Source: an uncultured Gammaproteobacteria bacterium
GTDB taxonomy: Bacteria; Patescibacteriota; Microgenomatia; UBA10105; UBA927
Assembly: GCA_964553825.1 (NCBI GenBank)
Contig: CAZKLT010000001.1
Span: 51,423-115,422, forward strand
Length of the DNA stretch: 64,000 nucleotides
Direction: 5' to 3'
Part shown: positions 30,217 through 38,827 of the stretch, piece after piece
Layout: each line of letters begins with the position of its first letter
How positions within the stretch are numbered: position 1 is the stretch's first letter
Program-made: the position numbers and the translations under genes
The notes under the pieces: generated by a model
What the model was told of the DNA's origin: nothing
What the model saw: the letters and a program-made list of their open reading frames with translations, nothing else
The model's database searches: none

Positions 30217-31683
30217 ATGATTTTTTTCTTCAAGTACGGGAGGCGTTTCGTCTATGGCTTGGCGCTCATTTGGGCTTTTGTACTTTATTACAAAGCAGCG
30301 GTAAGTTTTCCGACGACCGGATCCGCACTTTCTGCACTCATGCGAAATTACGCATTGACGTCCCTGTTTCTCTTGTATGGCGTGTTGGTGCCGGGTTTGT
30401 TGGGAAGTTTTTTTCCGAAATTTTATTTGAATGGTATTTTGGTGCATATACGACGGGCTCTCGGTGTGAGCGTCTTCTTCTTTGCTTTTCTCCACGCCCT
30501 CATTGCCTATTTTCATTCCTTGTCGGGCACGCTGGCCTCTGTTTTGTTTTTGTCGGCTCGTAATCAATGGGCCCTCGTTTTTAGCGCTACTGCCTTCATT
30601 ATTTTTTCTGCGCTCGCCGTTACATCATTTGATTTTATGGTCCGAAAATTGGGGAAAAAGTGGAAGCAGCTGCATAAACTCGTATATATCGCGGGCATTC
30701 TCGTAGTGTTTCATGCTTTTTTTATCGGCTCTCACTTTACGGTTCCTACGAATCCGATCCCTGTTATCGTCAATGTGCTTTCGTTAGTTTTTATTTTTCT
30801 TGAAGTTACGGCAACGGTGAAACGCCGTTGGCAACTATCACCCGGATTCACGAAGAAGAATGCCGGATTATTTTTTTTCCTTACATTGGTGATGGTGTTT
30901 GCAGTCGGCGCAAGTTATCGTGGCTTTACGAGCAGATATGACCCTCATGCCGCGCATAGAAAGGGGTATAGTCCGCACTACACACTTACGGTGACTCCCG
31001 AAACGAAAGACGTTCAGGCGGGGAAACCGACGAAACTTATCCTGCAGGTAATCGATAAACGAACGGGACGGCCGCTGACTCGGTATCAGGTGTTGCAGGA
31101 GAAATTAATGCATGTGGTTATATTACGGAAAGATCTTCGTGTGTACGCGCACATTCATCCTGAGTATGACGGGAAGGATGCTTTTTCCGTTACGCATACG
31201 TTTCCGACGGACGGGACATACAATCTGTATGTTGAATATTCACCACCTGATTTTTATGAGAATCTTTCAGTCGCGCAAATGGTGGTTGGGTCCGCGGGAG
31301 ACGCAAGCGCGTCTTTGTCCGTCGATGAGCGGACGAAAATTTTTGAAGATGCCTATAAAGTCACCCTGACGGCGCCGGCCGAAATTAAGGTAAACGATAC
31401 AGTAGATTTTGCGCTCACTCTAGAAGATGCAAAAACGGGGAGCCCTATCGTAAACCTGGAACCGTATCTTGGAGCATTTGGGCATATGTCCGCCGCAAGC
31501 GAAAATATGCAGACGTATACGCATGTGCACCCCCTTACCGTTCCTCTTGGCCCAAACGACTCTGGCGGTCCGACGGTTCAGTTCAGCACCTTCTTTCCAA
31601 AGACCGGGAAGTATAAATTATTTACGCAATTTAAACATAACGGTGAAGTATTTGTGACGGACTTTGTGGTGGAGGTGCGATGA
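30217..31683 (+). CDS. MsrQ/YedZ-like ferric-reductase-type di-heme transmembrane domain fused to extracytoplasmic beta-sandwich domain(s) with HxHP motifs
   Basis: RRALGVSVFFFAFLHALIAY and WKQLHKLVYIAGILVVFHAFF reproduce the MsrQ/FRD heme-ligand helices (LH....Y, H-x13-H). About 280 aa of C-terminal soluble domain contains YAHIHPEYDG and YTHVHPLTVP. Confidence 0.6.
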   Translation: MIFFFKYGRRFVYGLALIWAFVLYYKAAVSFPTTGSALSALMRNYALTSLFLLYGVLVPGLLGSFFPKFYLNGILVHIRRALGVSVFFFAFLHALIAYFHSLSGTLASVLFLSARNQWALVFSATAFIIFSALAVTSFDFMVRKLGKKWKQLHKLVYIAGILVVFHAFFIGSHFTVPTNPIPVIVNVLSLVFIFLEVTATVKRRWQLSPGFTKKNAGLFFFLTLVMVFAVGASYRGFTSRYDPHAAHRKGYSPHYTLTVTPETKDVQAGKPTKLILQVIDKRTGRPLTRYQVLQEKLMHVVILRKDLRVYAHIHPEYDGKDAFSVTHTFPTDGTYNLYVEYSPPDFYENLSVAQMVVGSAGDASASLSVDERTKIFEDAYKVTLTAPAEIKVNDTVDFALTLEDAKTGSPIVNLEPYLGAFGHMSAASENMQTYTHVHPLTVPLGPNDSGGPTVQFSTFFPKTGKYKLFTQFKHNGEVFVTDFVVEVR

Positions 31684-32198
31684 ACAGACGATTGCATACA
31701 ATCATCCTTATTATCGTTTTCTTCAGTTGGGTGCCCTCCGTGTCGGCACACACGCTAAAAATAGATGGGGCAATCGGCGTGAATCTTCATGTGGATCCTG
31801 ATGATGCGCCCGTTGGTGGCGTGGAATCCAAATTTCTTCTGGATATTACTGACAAAAACGGACGGTTTAATCCGAATAATCCGGCTAATTGTGAATGTAC
31901 CCTCACGATTTTGAAAGACGGGACAGTGATCAAGACGTTGCCTGTCGTTGCAGGGGGATCCTATGCACAGCTTCGATATACGTTTCCACAATCTGGCATA
32001 TATACCGTCGTGGTTGAAGGAAAACCAAAAGGGGAAGGCGTGCCGTTTCAATCGTTTCGTACAGAGTTTGAGTATTTTGTGAAAAGCGGATTAGGAGAAG
32101 ACATTTCCATACCCCCAAATAATAACGCTTTGGCACAGTGGCTTCCGTATGTCGTATTAGTCATGGGGATCTTCCTCATCGCATTGTTTGTCCTCTGA
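31680..32198 (+). CDS. Small exported protein, C-terminally membrane-anchored; mature N-terminus predicted His (CopC-like?)
   Basis: Start codon overlaps the upstream stop (ATGA), preceded by a GGAGGTG RBS. Signal peptide ...PSVSA|HTLKIDGAIGVNLHVDPDD. A roughly 120 aa beta-rich domain, then a TM helix. Confidence 0.45.
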   Translation: MNRRLHTIILIIVFFSWVPSVSAHTLKIDGAIGVNLHVDPDDAPVGGVESKFLLDITDKNGRFNPNNPANCECTLTILKDGTVIKTLPVVAGGSYAQLRYTFPQSGIYTVVVEGKPKGEGVPFQSFRTEFEYFVKSGLGEDISIPPNNNALAQWLPYVVLVMGIFLIALFVL

Positions 32199-32223
32199 AT
32201 GAAGCTGTGATATCGTGTGATGG

Positions 32224-33249
32224 ATGCAAATGGACCTTGTTATTGTCGTGAGTGTTATCGTGGGCGGATTCTTATTGCTGGCACTGCTTCTGAAGCGTGA
32301 ATTGGGTCGGATGAATCAAGGCGCGGACACAACGACGCTCATTGAGTGGCTTAAGGCAATGCAATCAACGATTGAGCACACCAATACGACGCTCAATGAG
32401 GCAATGCGCGGGACATCAACGGAAATGACTCGAACGCTTCAGTCGAACACCAGGCAGCTGAATGATCGGTTGGATGAAGCCGCACGGGTTATTGGCACCC
32501 TTAACAAGCATGTAGGAGAAATGTCTGAAGTGGGGCGTGGCATCAAGAGTCTTCAGGAGTTTCTCCAGTCTCCCAAGCTTCGTGGCAATATCGGCGAGCA
32601 GGTGTTGCGGGACATGATCGGACAGACGTTTCCCAAGAATTCCTTTCACCTGCAATATGGGTTCAAGTCAGGGGTTAAGGTTGACGCCGTTTTGAAAACT
32701 GACGCTGGGCTTCTGTGTATAGATTCCAAATTTCCGATGGAAAATTTTACGCTTATGCATAAAGGCGATACCGAAGCGGTACGCTCACAGGCAAAACGCG
32801 AATTTGTATCCGATGTAAAAAAACATGTGTCTGATATAAGCAAAAAATATATCCTTCCTGAGGAAGATACCTTGGATTTCGCCCTTATGTATATTCCGTC
32901 TGAGTCGGTGTATTACGAAATTGCCAATATGAATGAGCTTATGGAATATGCGCGTACGTTGCGCGTTTACCCCGTTTCACCGAACACGCTGTATGCGCAT
33001 CTCCAGGTGCTATTGTTGAGCTTCCAGGGAAAGGAGCTCGAGCAGAAGTCCCGAGAAATTTTTCGGCTCCTTCGGGCAATTCAAAAGGATTACGGCAAAG
33101 TAGAAGAGGGCCTTGGCGTCTTAGGGAAACACGTCGGGAACGCGTATAATTCCATGAGCACGGTTACTGGAGCGTTCACAGTGCTCGGGCAAAAGTTGTC
33201 CAAAACAAGATCATTTGACGGGGTAAGTGAAGAAAAGTTGCTAGACTAA
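32224..33249 (+). CDS. rmuC: DNA recombination protein RmuC
   Basis: N-terminal TM helix and coiled coil. C-terminal LLCIDSKFP...YIPSESVYYE...VSPNTLYAHLQ matches the RmuC family. Confidence 0.8.
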   Translation: MQMDLVIVVSVIVGGFLLLALLLKRELGRMNQGADTTTLIEWLKAMQSTIEHTNTTLNEAMRGTSTEMTRTLQSNTRQLNDRLDEAARVIGTLNKHVGEMSEVGRGIKSLQEFLQSPKLRGNIGEQVLRDMIGQTFPKNSFHLQYGFKSGVKVDAVLKTDAGLLCIDSKFPMENFTLMHKGDTEAVRSQAKREFVSDVKKHVSDISKKYILPEEDTLDFALMYIPSESVYYEIANMNELMEYARTLRVYPVSPNTLYAHLQVLLLSFQGKELEQKSREIFRLLRAIQKDYGKVEEGLGVLGKHVGNAYNSMSTVTGAFTVLGQKLSKTRSFDGVSEEKLLD

Positions 33250-33256
33250 CGTGTAT

Positions 33257-33811
33257 ATGAAAAACGCGCTTATTCTTCACGGTACAGCAAACAATTCCAA
33301 AGGAAATTGGTTTCCATGGCTTGCCGGTGAACTCACAAGGAGTGGATACGATGTATGGTTGCCGGATCTTCCTGTTGCCACGAATCCTGATAGTCGACGG
33401 TACAATTCATTTCTTTTTTCAAACAATGCATGGAAGTTTACCCATGAATCCCTTTTGGTAGGTCATTCATCGGGTGGAGTTGCTGCTCTGAAGGTGCTCC
33501 AGGAGTTGCCGCAGGATAGCATTGTCGATACATGTGTTACGGTCGGAGCTTTCGTAAACACGCACGGTTGGGATGATATTAAAGGGTTGTTTACGGAGCC
33601 GTTTGATTTTGAGGTGATCAGATCACATGCGAAAAAATTTATCATCTATCATTCTGATGATGATCCATATGTGCCGCTTGACGATGCTTATGTTTTGCAA
33701 GAAAAACTGAAAGGCGAATTAATCATTATGAAAGGACAAGGTCATTTTAATCTAGAAAAAGGCCCGCAATACAGGCAGTTTCCCGAGCTCCTCGAAAAGA
33801 TCTTGGAGTGA
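33257..33811 (+). CDS. Serine hydrolase, YdeN/RBBP9-like alpha/beta fold
   Basis: ILHGTANNS...LVGHSSGG (GxSxG)...HSDDDPYVP...GQGHF. The track start at 33251 is GTG, so the ATG at 33257 is preferred. Confidence 0.6.
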   Translation: MKNALILHGTANNSKGNWFPWLAGELTRSGYDVWLPDLPVATNPDSRRYNSFLFSNNAWKFTHESLLVGHSSGGVAALKVLQELPQDSIVDTCVTVGAFVNTHGWDDIKGLFTEPFDFEVIRSHAKKFIIYHSDDDPYVPLDDAYVLQEKLKGELIIMKGQGHFNLEKGPQYRQFPELLEKILE

Positions 33812-33828
33812 GCTATAATACCGTCACG

Positions 33829-36747
33829 ATGGCAACGGTTCCCGAAGAAGAGAGAATTCTTAATAAAGAACAAAAAATAGCCGTAGAATTTGGCGATGGG
33901 CCGCTTATGATTATCGCCGGTGCCGGGACCGGAAAAACAACAGTCGTTACGGAGCGTATAAAGTATCTCATAACCCAGGAAAAGGCTAAACCGCAGGAAA
34001 TTCTTGCCCTTACATTTACCGAGAAAGCCAGCAGAGAGATGGAAGAGCGGATTGACCGTGCACTTCCGTATGGAGTGACGAACATGTGGATCTCTACGTT
34101 CCATTCTTTCTGTGACCGTATCTTGAAAAATGAAGCGATCAGTATTGGCCTGGATCCCGCATACAAACTAATGACGGAAGCCGAAACTATTCTCTTTTTC
34201 CGAAAAAATATTTTTTCGTTTGAGCTCGCGTACTTTCGTCCGCTTGGAAATCCGTCCAAGTTTATCGGCGGTATGATTCAGCATTTTAGCCGTCTCAAAG
34301 ACGAAGATGTGACCCCGGAAGCATATGTGAAGTGGTCGCAGTCACGGAAGAAAATGGGAAAAACGAAAGAAGAGAAAGAGGAGTGGGAAAAACACGCAGA
34401 GTTGGCGCATGCGTTCCGAACGTATGAAGAGTTAAAAGTGAAAAACGGGGTTGTCGATTACGCCGATCTTATAGCCAATACATTAAAACTTTTTCGTGCG
34501 CGCCCAAGCATACTTGCGCGGTATCAGGAGCAGTTTAAATATATCCTTATCGATGAGTTCCAGGATACGAATTTTGCTCAAAATGAACTTGCGGTATTGA
34601 TTGCAGGAAAAAGAAAAAATATTACGGTGGTGGGAGATGATGACCAGGCCATTTACCGATGGCGGGGAGCAGCTGTTTCCAACATGCTTCAATTTCGAAA
34701 AACATATCCCAAAGCAACGATTGTCGTTCTGACGAAAAACTATCGTTCGACGAAAGAAATTTTGGATCGGTCCTACGATCTTATTCAGTACAACAATCCT
34801 GACCGACTGGAAAAAGTGGCAAACTTTGACAAGAAATTGGAAAGCATGCGTCGGATAGAAGGCGCTCCTGTAGAGATACTGTATGCCCAACGAGTTGAAC
34901 ATGAGGCCGACGCAACAGTAAAAGCAATCGTGCAGCGTCTCGCGCAAAATAAAACATATACCTATTCCGATGTGGCCATTCTGGTGCGGGCGAATAATCA
35001 TGCAGAGCCGTTTGTTCGGGCGCTTGCCAGGGAGGGGATTCCCTATCAATTTTTGGGGCCAGGACATTTATTTCGGCAACCTGAAATCAAAGATCTTATT
35101 GCGTATCTGAAAGTTCTGTACAACTTTGAAGACAACGTGGCAATGTACCGGGTTTTGGTTATGGACTGGTTGGCCCTACCCGCGCGAGATGTCGCGGTGC
35201 TGTCCAACTATGCCAGAAAATACGGCGTGTCGATATTTGAAGCCTGTGAGAAAGCGATAACTGATGTTGTTTCACGTCCCTCAGTTTCTGAACAATCAGT
35301 GCAAAAAGTAGGCGCACTGGTTGCAATGCTTCATAAGCATTTGGATCTCATAAAAAAGGAGACAGCGGGACAAATACTGTATTACTTTTTGGAAACATCG
35401 GGTCTCTTAAAGCGTTTGGCGGAATTCAAGACTGCAAAAGAAGAGAAAATCGCGGGCAACATTTCGAAGTTTTTTAATAAATTGAAAACATACGAAGCGG
35501 AGCATGATGATGCCAGTGTGTTTACGGTTGTTGACTGGATCGATCTTTCTATGAACCTTGGGGAGTCGCCTTTGGCGACGGATACAGACTGGAATCAAAA
35601 TAACGCTGTCAATATTATGACTGTGCATTCGGCGAAAGGCTTGGAATTCCCCATCGTCTTTCTCGTGAATCTCGTTGCGCAACGGTTTCCTACGATGGAA
35701 CGCAGAGAGCAGATACCGGTTCCGGATGCCCTTATTAATGAAATTCTCCCGGAAGGAGACTTTCATATTCAGGAAGAGCGAAGGTTGTTTTATGTCGCCA
35801 TGACGAGGGCCCGTGATTATCTTTATTTCACCGCAGCGAAATATTACGGGGAAGGCAAGCGCGAAAAGAAACTTACTCCATTTATCGGAGAGGCACTTGG
35901 GACTGGTGATACGCCAGAATTAACGTACCAACCATTTGAAGAGAGTGCCAAACAGCTTTCGTTTCTGGATTGGAAAAAGAATGAGGACCCGCCAGAAAAA
36001 ACGGTAAAGCAAGCGGTGCGTTATCTTTCGCATTCGCAATTAGCAACGTTTGAAACGTGCCCGCTTCAGTATAAATATCGGTACATTCTGAAAATTCCCG
36101 TGCCTCCATCGGCCGCTTTGACATTCGGTGACACGATCCATCGAACGGTTCGGGCATTTTATGAACTCGTAAAAGCAGGAGAACACCCAACGGTTGAAAC
36201 ACTGCTCGGTCTGTATAAGAGCCATTGGGTGTCAGTCGGATTCGGCGGGAAGGCATATGAGGAAAAAATGAAACAGCATGGATTCGACCTTCTCAGGGAG
36301 TTTTATAAAAAGGGATACACACCGGACCGGATTCCTACAAGCCTTGAGGAGCCGTTTCGGATTAAAATAACGCCGGATCTTACCCTGGGCGGGAAAATAG
36401 ACAGAATTGATACGCTTCCGGACGGGACGATAGAAATAATTGATTACAAAACGGGGCAGGCACCAAAAACAAAAGATGTTTCTTCGGATTCGCAGCTCAC
36501 TGTCTATGCGCTTTCGGCTGCAGGAGAGGGAATATATAAAAAGGCGCCGGAGAAAGTCGTCGTATCGTTTTATTTTTTTGAAGATCAATCAAAGGTTTCC
36601 GCTGTCCGAACGAAAGATGAACTTGAAGCCGCAAGAAAAGACATCGCTGCCCGCGCCGACGAGATAGCCAAGAGCGATTTTGCTCCGACCCCCGGGAAGC
36701 ACTGCGATTTCTGCGAATTTCGTCTTATCTGTGAGGCATGGAACTGA
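33829..36747 (+). CDS. UvrD/PcrA-family ATP-dependent DNA helicase fused to C-terminal PD-(D/E)xK nuclease domain with Cys cluster (AddA/Cas4-like)
   Basis: Helicase motifs: IIAGAGTGKT, VDEFQDTN, VVGDDDQAIYRWRGA, TVHSAKGLEFP. C-terminal GGKIDRID...EIIDYKTG (D, ExK) and CPLQ...CDFCEFRLICE Cys cluster. Confidence 0.8.
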   Translation: MATVPEEERILNKEQKIAVEFGDGPLMIIAGAGTGKTTVVTERIKYLITQEKAKPQEILALTFTEKASREMEERIDRALPYGVTNMWISTFHSFCDRILKNEAISIGLDPAYKLMTEAETILFFRKNIFSFELAYFRPLGNPSKFIGGMIQHFSRLKDEDVTPEAYVKWSQSRKKMGKTKEEKEEWEKHAELAHAFRTYEELKVKNGVVDYADLIANTLKLFRARPSILARYQEQFKYILIDEFQDTNFAQNELAVLIAGKRKNITVVGDDDQAIYRWRGAAVSNMLQFRKTYPKATIVVLTKNYRSTKEILDRSYDLIQYNNPDRLEKVANFDKKLESMRRIEGAPVEILYAQRVEHEADATVKAIVQRLAQNKTYTYSDVAILVRANNHAEPFVRALAREGIPYQFLGPGHLFRQPEIKDLIAYLKVLYNFEDNVAMYRVLVMDWLALPARDVAVLSNYARKYGVSIFEACEKAITDVVSRPSVSEQSVQKVGALVAMLHKHLDLIKKETAGQILYYFLETSGLLKRLAEFKTAKEEKIAGNISKFFNKLKTYEAEHDDASVFTVVDWIDLSMNLGESPLATDTDWNQNNAVNIMTVHSAKGLEFPIVFLVNLVAQRFPTMERREQIPVPDALINEILPEGDFHIQEERRLFYVAMTRARDYLYFTAAKYYGEGKREKKLTPFIGEALGTGDTPELTYQPFEESAKQLSFLDWKKNEDPPEKTVKQAVRYLSHSQLATFETCPLQYKYRYILKIPVPPSAALTFGDTIHRTVRAFYELVKAGEHPTVETLLGLYKSHWVSVGFGGKAYEEKMKQHGFDLLREFYKKGYTPDRIPTSLEEPFRIKITPDLTLGGKIDRIDTLPDGTIEIIDYKTGQAPKTKDVSSDSQLTVYALSAAGEGIYKKAPEKVVVSFYFFEDQSKVSAVRTKDELEAARKDIAARADEIAKSDFAPTPGKHCDFCEFRLICEAWN

Positions 36748-36798
36748 CGCTTGACAGAAGATAAATCAAGTCGCACACTAAAAGAAGGATTTATCCGT

Positions 36799-38007
36799 AT
36801 GGCATCCCGCAAATCACTTGTCCGCTACGATAAGATATTCGCTACACTCCTGTTTGCGTTGTTTGGCATTATTGCCCTCGTGCTTGGGTATAAGGCGGTC
36901 ATGACGAATACAGAGCAGCGGTCCCGCGCAGCAGAAACACAGACAATTTATAAGCAGTGGGAATTTAACGGCAGGGATTCCCAGGGATGGAGTGTCAGTT
37001 CACCAACGACAAGTGTCATGAAAGCAGGTGCCTTGGTCGTGACCGCAGGGAGAAGCGCGCTCCCATCGCTTCGAAATACAACTGTTGACGCTTCCGTTCC
37101 CGCCGGACTAAAAACGGTATCCTTTTCTCTGTCCGTTGGGTCCGTTCAGGTACCTGCGCGAAGAGAAGGTGATGGTTCATGCGGACCTGCTCCGGACTGT
37201 CGGGGACGCTTGATAGAGCTTCCGACGGCATCTCGATGTCCGGTGTACCGATGTCAACAAGAAGAGCATTCCAGTGAGGGGATGCAGGAGTCCGATGACT
37301 CGTATTTTCGCAGATCCATAAGCAATCGATATGCGTGTCCCGAGGATACGCGAACATGCGCAGATGGCACATCGGTCGGACGAATATTGCCGAATTGTGA
37401 TTTCGTTGCGTGTCCGGGTACGAGCGGAACCGTCAATCAGCGCAGGAGGGTGGCACGTAAATTCACAGCACTTTTGTATTATCGTCTCAAATCAAAGGAT
37501 CGATTCGAGAGGCCTATTGAGTTTAAAGGATCGGTGGGTGGCGGGTATCAAACCTACAGCGTGACGCTTCATGATATCGCTGCCATGGATATCAATAGTC
37601 TCCGCATTGTGTTTACCTCAGGAGTAAAGGCAGGCGAAGCCGTTGCTTTTGATTGGATCAGATTACTGGGTCCCGTAAATGCATCAAGCACCCATGCGCC
37701 AACGCCGCATGCAACGCCAACGCTTGTTGCATGTGACGGTCCGGATGGGTCAGCGTGTCAACTAGAAGGATGTCAGCCATGTCCAACAGGGCGGCCCTGT
37801 CCGATGGTTTGCCGGCCGCAATATGGCACGTGTCTTAATCATCGGTGTATTAATGAGACGCCGCAAGCTCCAGAGGGATGCCATTATCAGCAGGTTCGCT
37901 GTGTTCGGGCGCCGTGTAACCCCGTGCTTGTTTGCCCTTCAGGGTCTCCCGCGCGCGGCGGATGGGGCACGTCTGGGGGTGGCGGATCTACGGGATTTTC
38001 CCACTAA
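36799..38007 (+). CDS. Cysteine-rich extracytoplasmic protein with N-terminal membrane anchor, function unknown
   Basis: ATG at 36799 has an AAGGA RBS. TM helix IFATLLFALFGIIALVLGY. About 28 Cys in CxC/CxxC-type clusters (CGPAPDCRG, CPVYRC, ACDGPDGSACQLEGCQPCPTGRPCPMVCRPQYGTCLNHRC) and a Gly-rich C-terminus. Confidence 0.5.
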   Translation: MASRKSLVRYDKIFATLLFALFGIIALVLGYKAVMTNTEQRSRAAETQTIYKQWEFNGRDSQGWSVSSPTTSVMKAGALVVTAGRSALPSLRNTTVDASVPAGLKTVSFSLSVGSVQVPARREGDGSCGPAPDCRGRLIELPTASRCPVYRCQQEEHSSEGMQESDDSYFRRSISNRYACPEDTRTCADGTSVGRILPNCDFVACPGTSGTVNQRRRVARKFTALLYYRLKSKDRFERPIEFKGSVGGGYQTYSVTLHDIAAMDINSLRIVFTSGVKAGEAVAFDWIRLLGPVNASSTHAPTPHATPTLVACDGPDGSACQLEGCQPCPTGRPCPMVCRPQYGTCLNHRCINETPQAPEGCHYQQVRCVRAPCNPVLVCPSGSPARGGWGTSGGGGSTGFSH

Positions 38008-38827
38008 GCGGATAATAGAGGATTTTGCCTCCAAACCCTTCCTTGAATTTCGTAAATCCTTTCCATGACGTATTCTCCCGGGGAATGCGTTCATCCCAGA
38101 CGCCGACGAGATCGAGTTGTTTGGCACCACGACGTTTGCTCACTTTTGCCGCTTCATAGAGAAGTAATGTGGGGGCAAATTGTTTTTTCCCCGTTCTTGT
38201 TGCTCCTGCAATCCAGTAGTAGGCGATGTTATCCCAAAAGAGGATAAGAACGCCTCCGATCAGTCGGGGAGATGCCCCGGAATAACCGAGCAGAATTGTT
38301 GCGTTTTGGGGTGAAAATGCCTCCCATAACTCTTTTATGCCGGTTGTGGTAATAAATCCAAAGAGTCCGGCGGATGCATTTTTAACCCGAATAAGTGCGT
38401 TGATATCATCGGATTCTTTGACAATAACATTGTGTTTGAGGGCTCTTCTGACCGCGCGCCTTTTGGCTTCGGAAAACGAGGAAAAAATTCGGTCTTCCCG
38501 GGGAGTTAAATCGATTCGAATGGTTTTTGTGGGAAGATAGGGTGATTTGACGACAGATATGTTTGCCGGGAGGGAAGCAATCCATGTATGCAGTGCAGCG
38601 GAATTTTGCGTATGAACGGGTTCAACCACGAGCCGTCGCACGCCGAGGGTCGTCAAAACCGGGGCAAGCTTTTCCATGCTAGGGAGAGCAACTGGTCTGT
38701 GAATTTTGGCGAGCCTTCCCAAAAGCGGGAAGGATTTGTGATAGATGGCGACGCCATCGACACTGGTGACGCCCCACTTCAGGCGTTTCATATATTCAAT
38801 GAACGGCGCCGCCTGTTGAGGTTCCAT
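37988..38827 (-). CDS. FemAB-family peptidoglycan aminoacyltransferase (bridge formation)
   Basis: ILFWDNIAYYWIAGATR...LLLYEAAKVSKRRGAKQLDLVGV...FKEGFG is the FemABX GNAT-like core. Confidence 0.7.
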   Translation of the reverse strand: MEPQQAAPFIEYMKRLKWGVTSVDGVAIYHKSFPLLGRLAKIHRPVALPSMEKLAPVLTTLGVRRLVVEPVHTQNSAALHTWIASLPANISVVKSPYLPTKTIRIDLTPREDRIFSSFSEAKRRAVRRALKHNVIVKESDDINALIRVKNASAGLFGFITTTGIKELWEAFSPQNATILLGYSGASPRLIGGVLILFWDNIAYYWIAGATRTGKKQFAPTLLLYEAAKVSKRRGAKQLDLVGVWDERIPRENTSWKGFTKFKEGFGGKILYYPLSGKIP

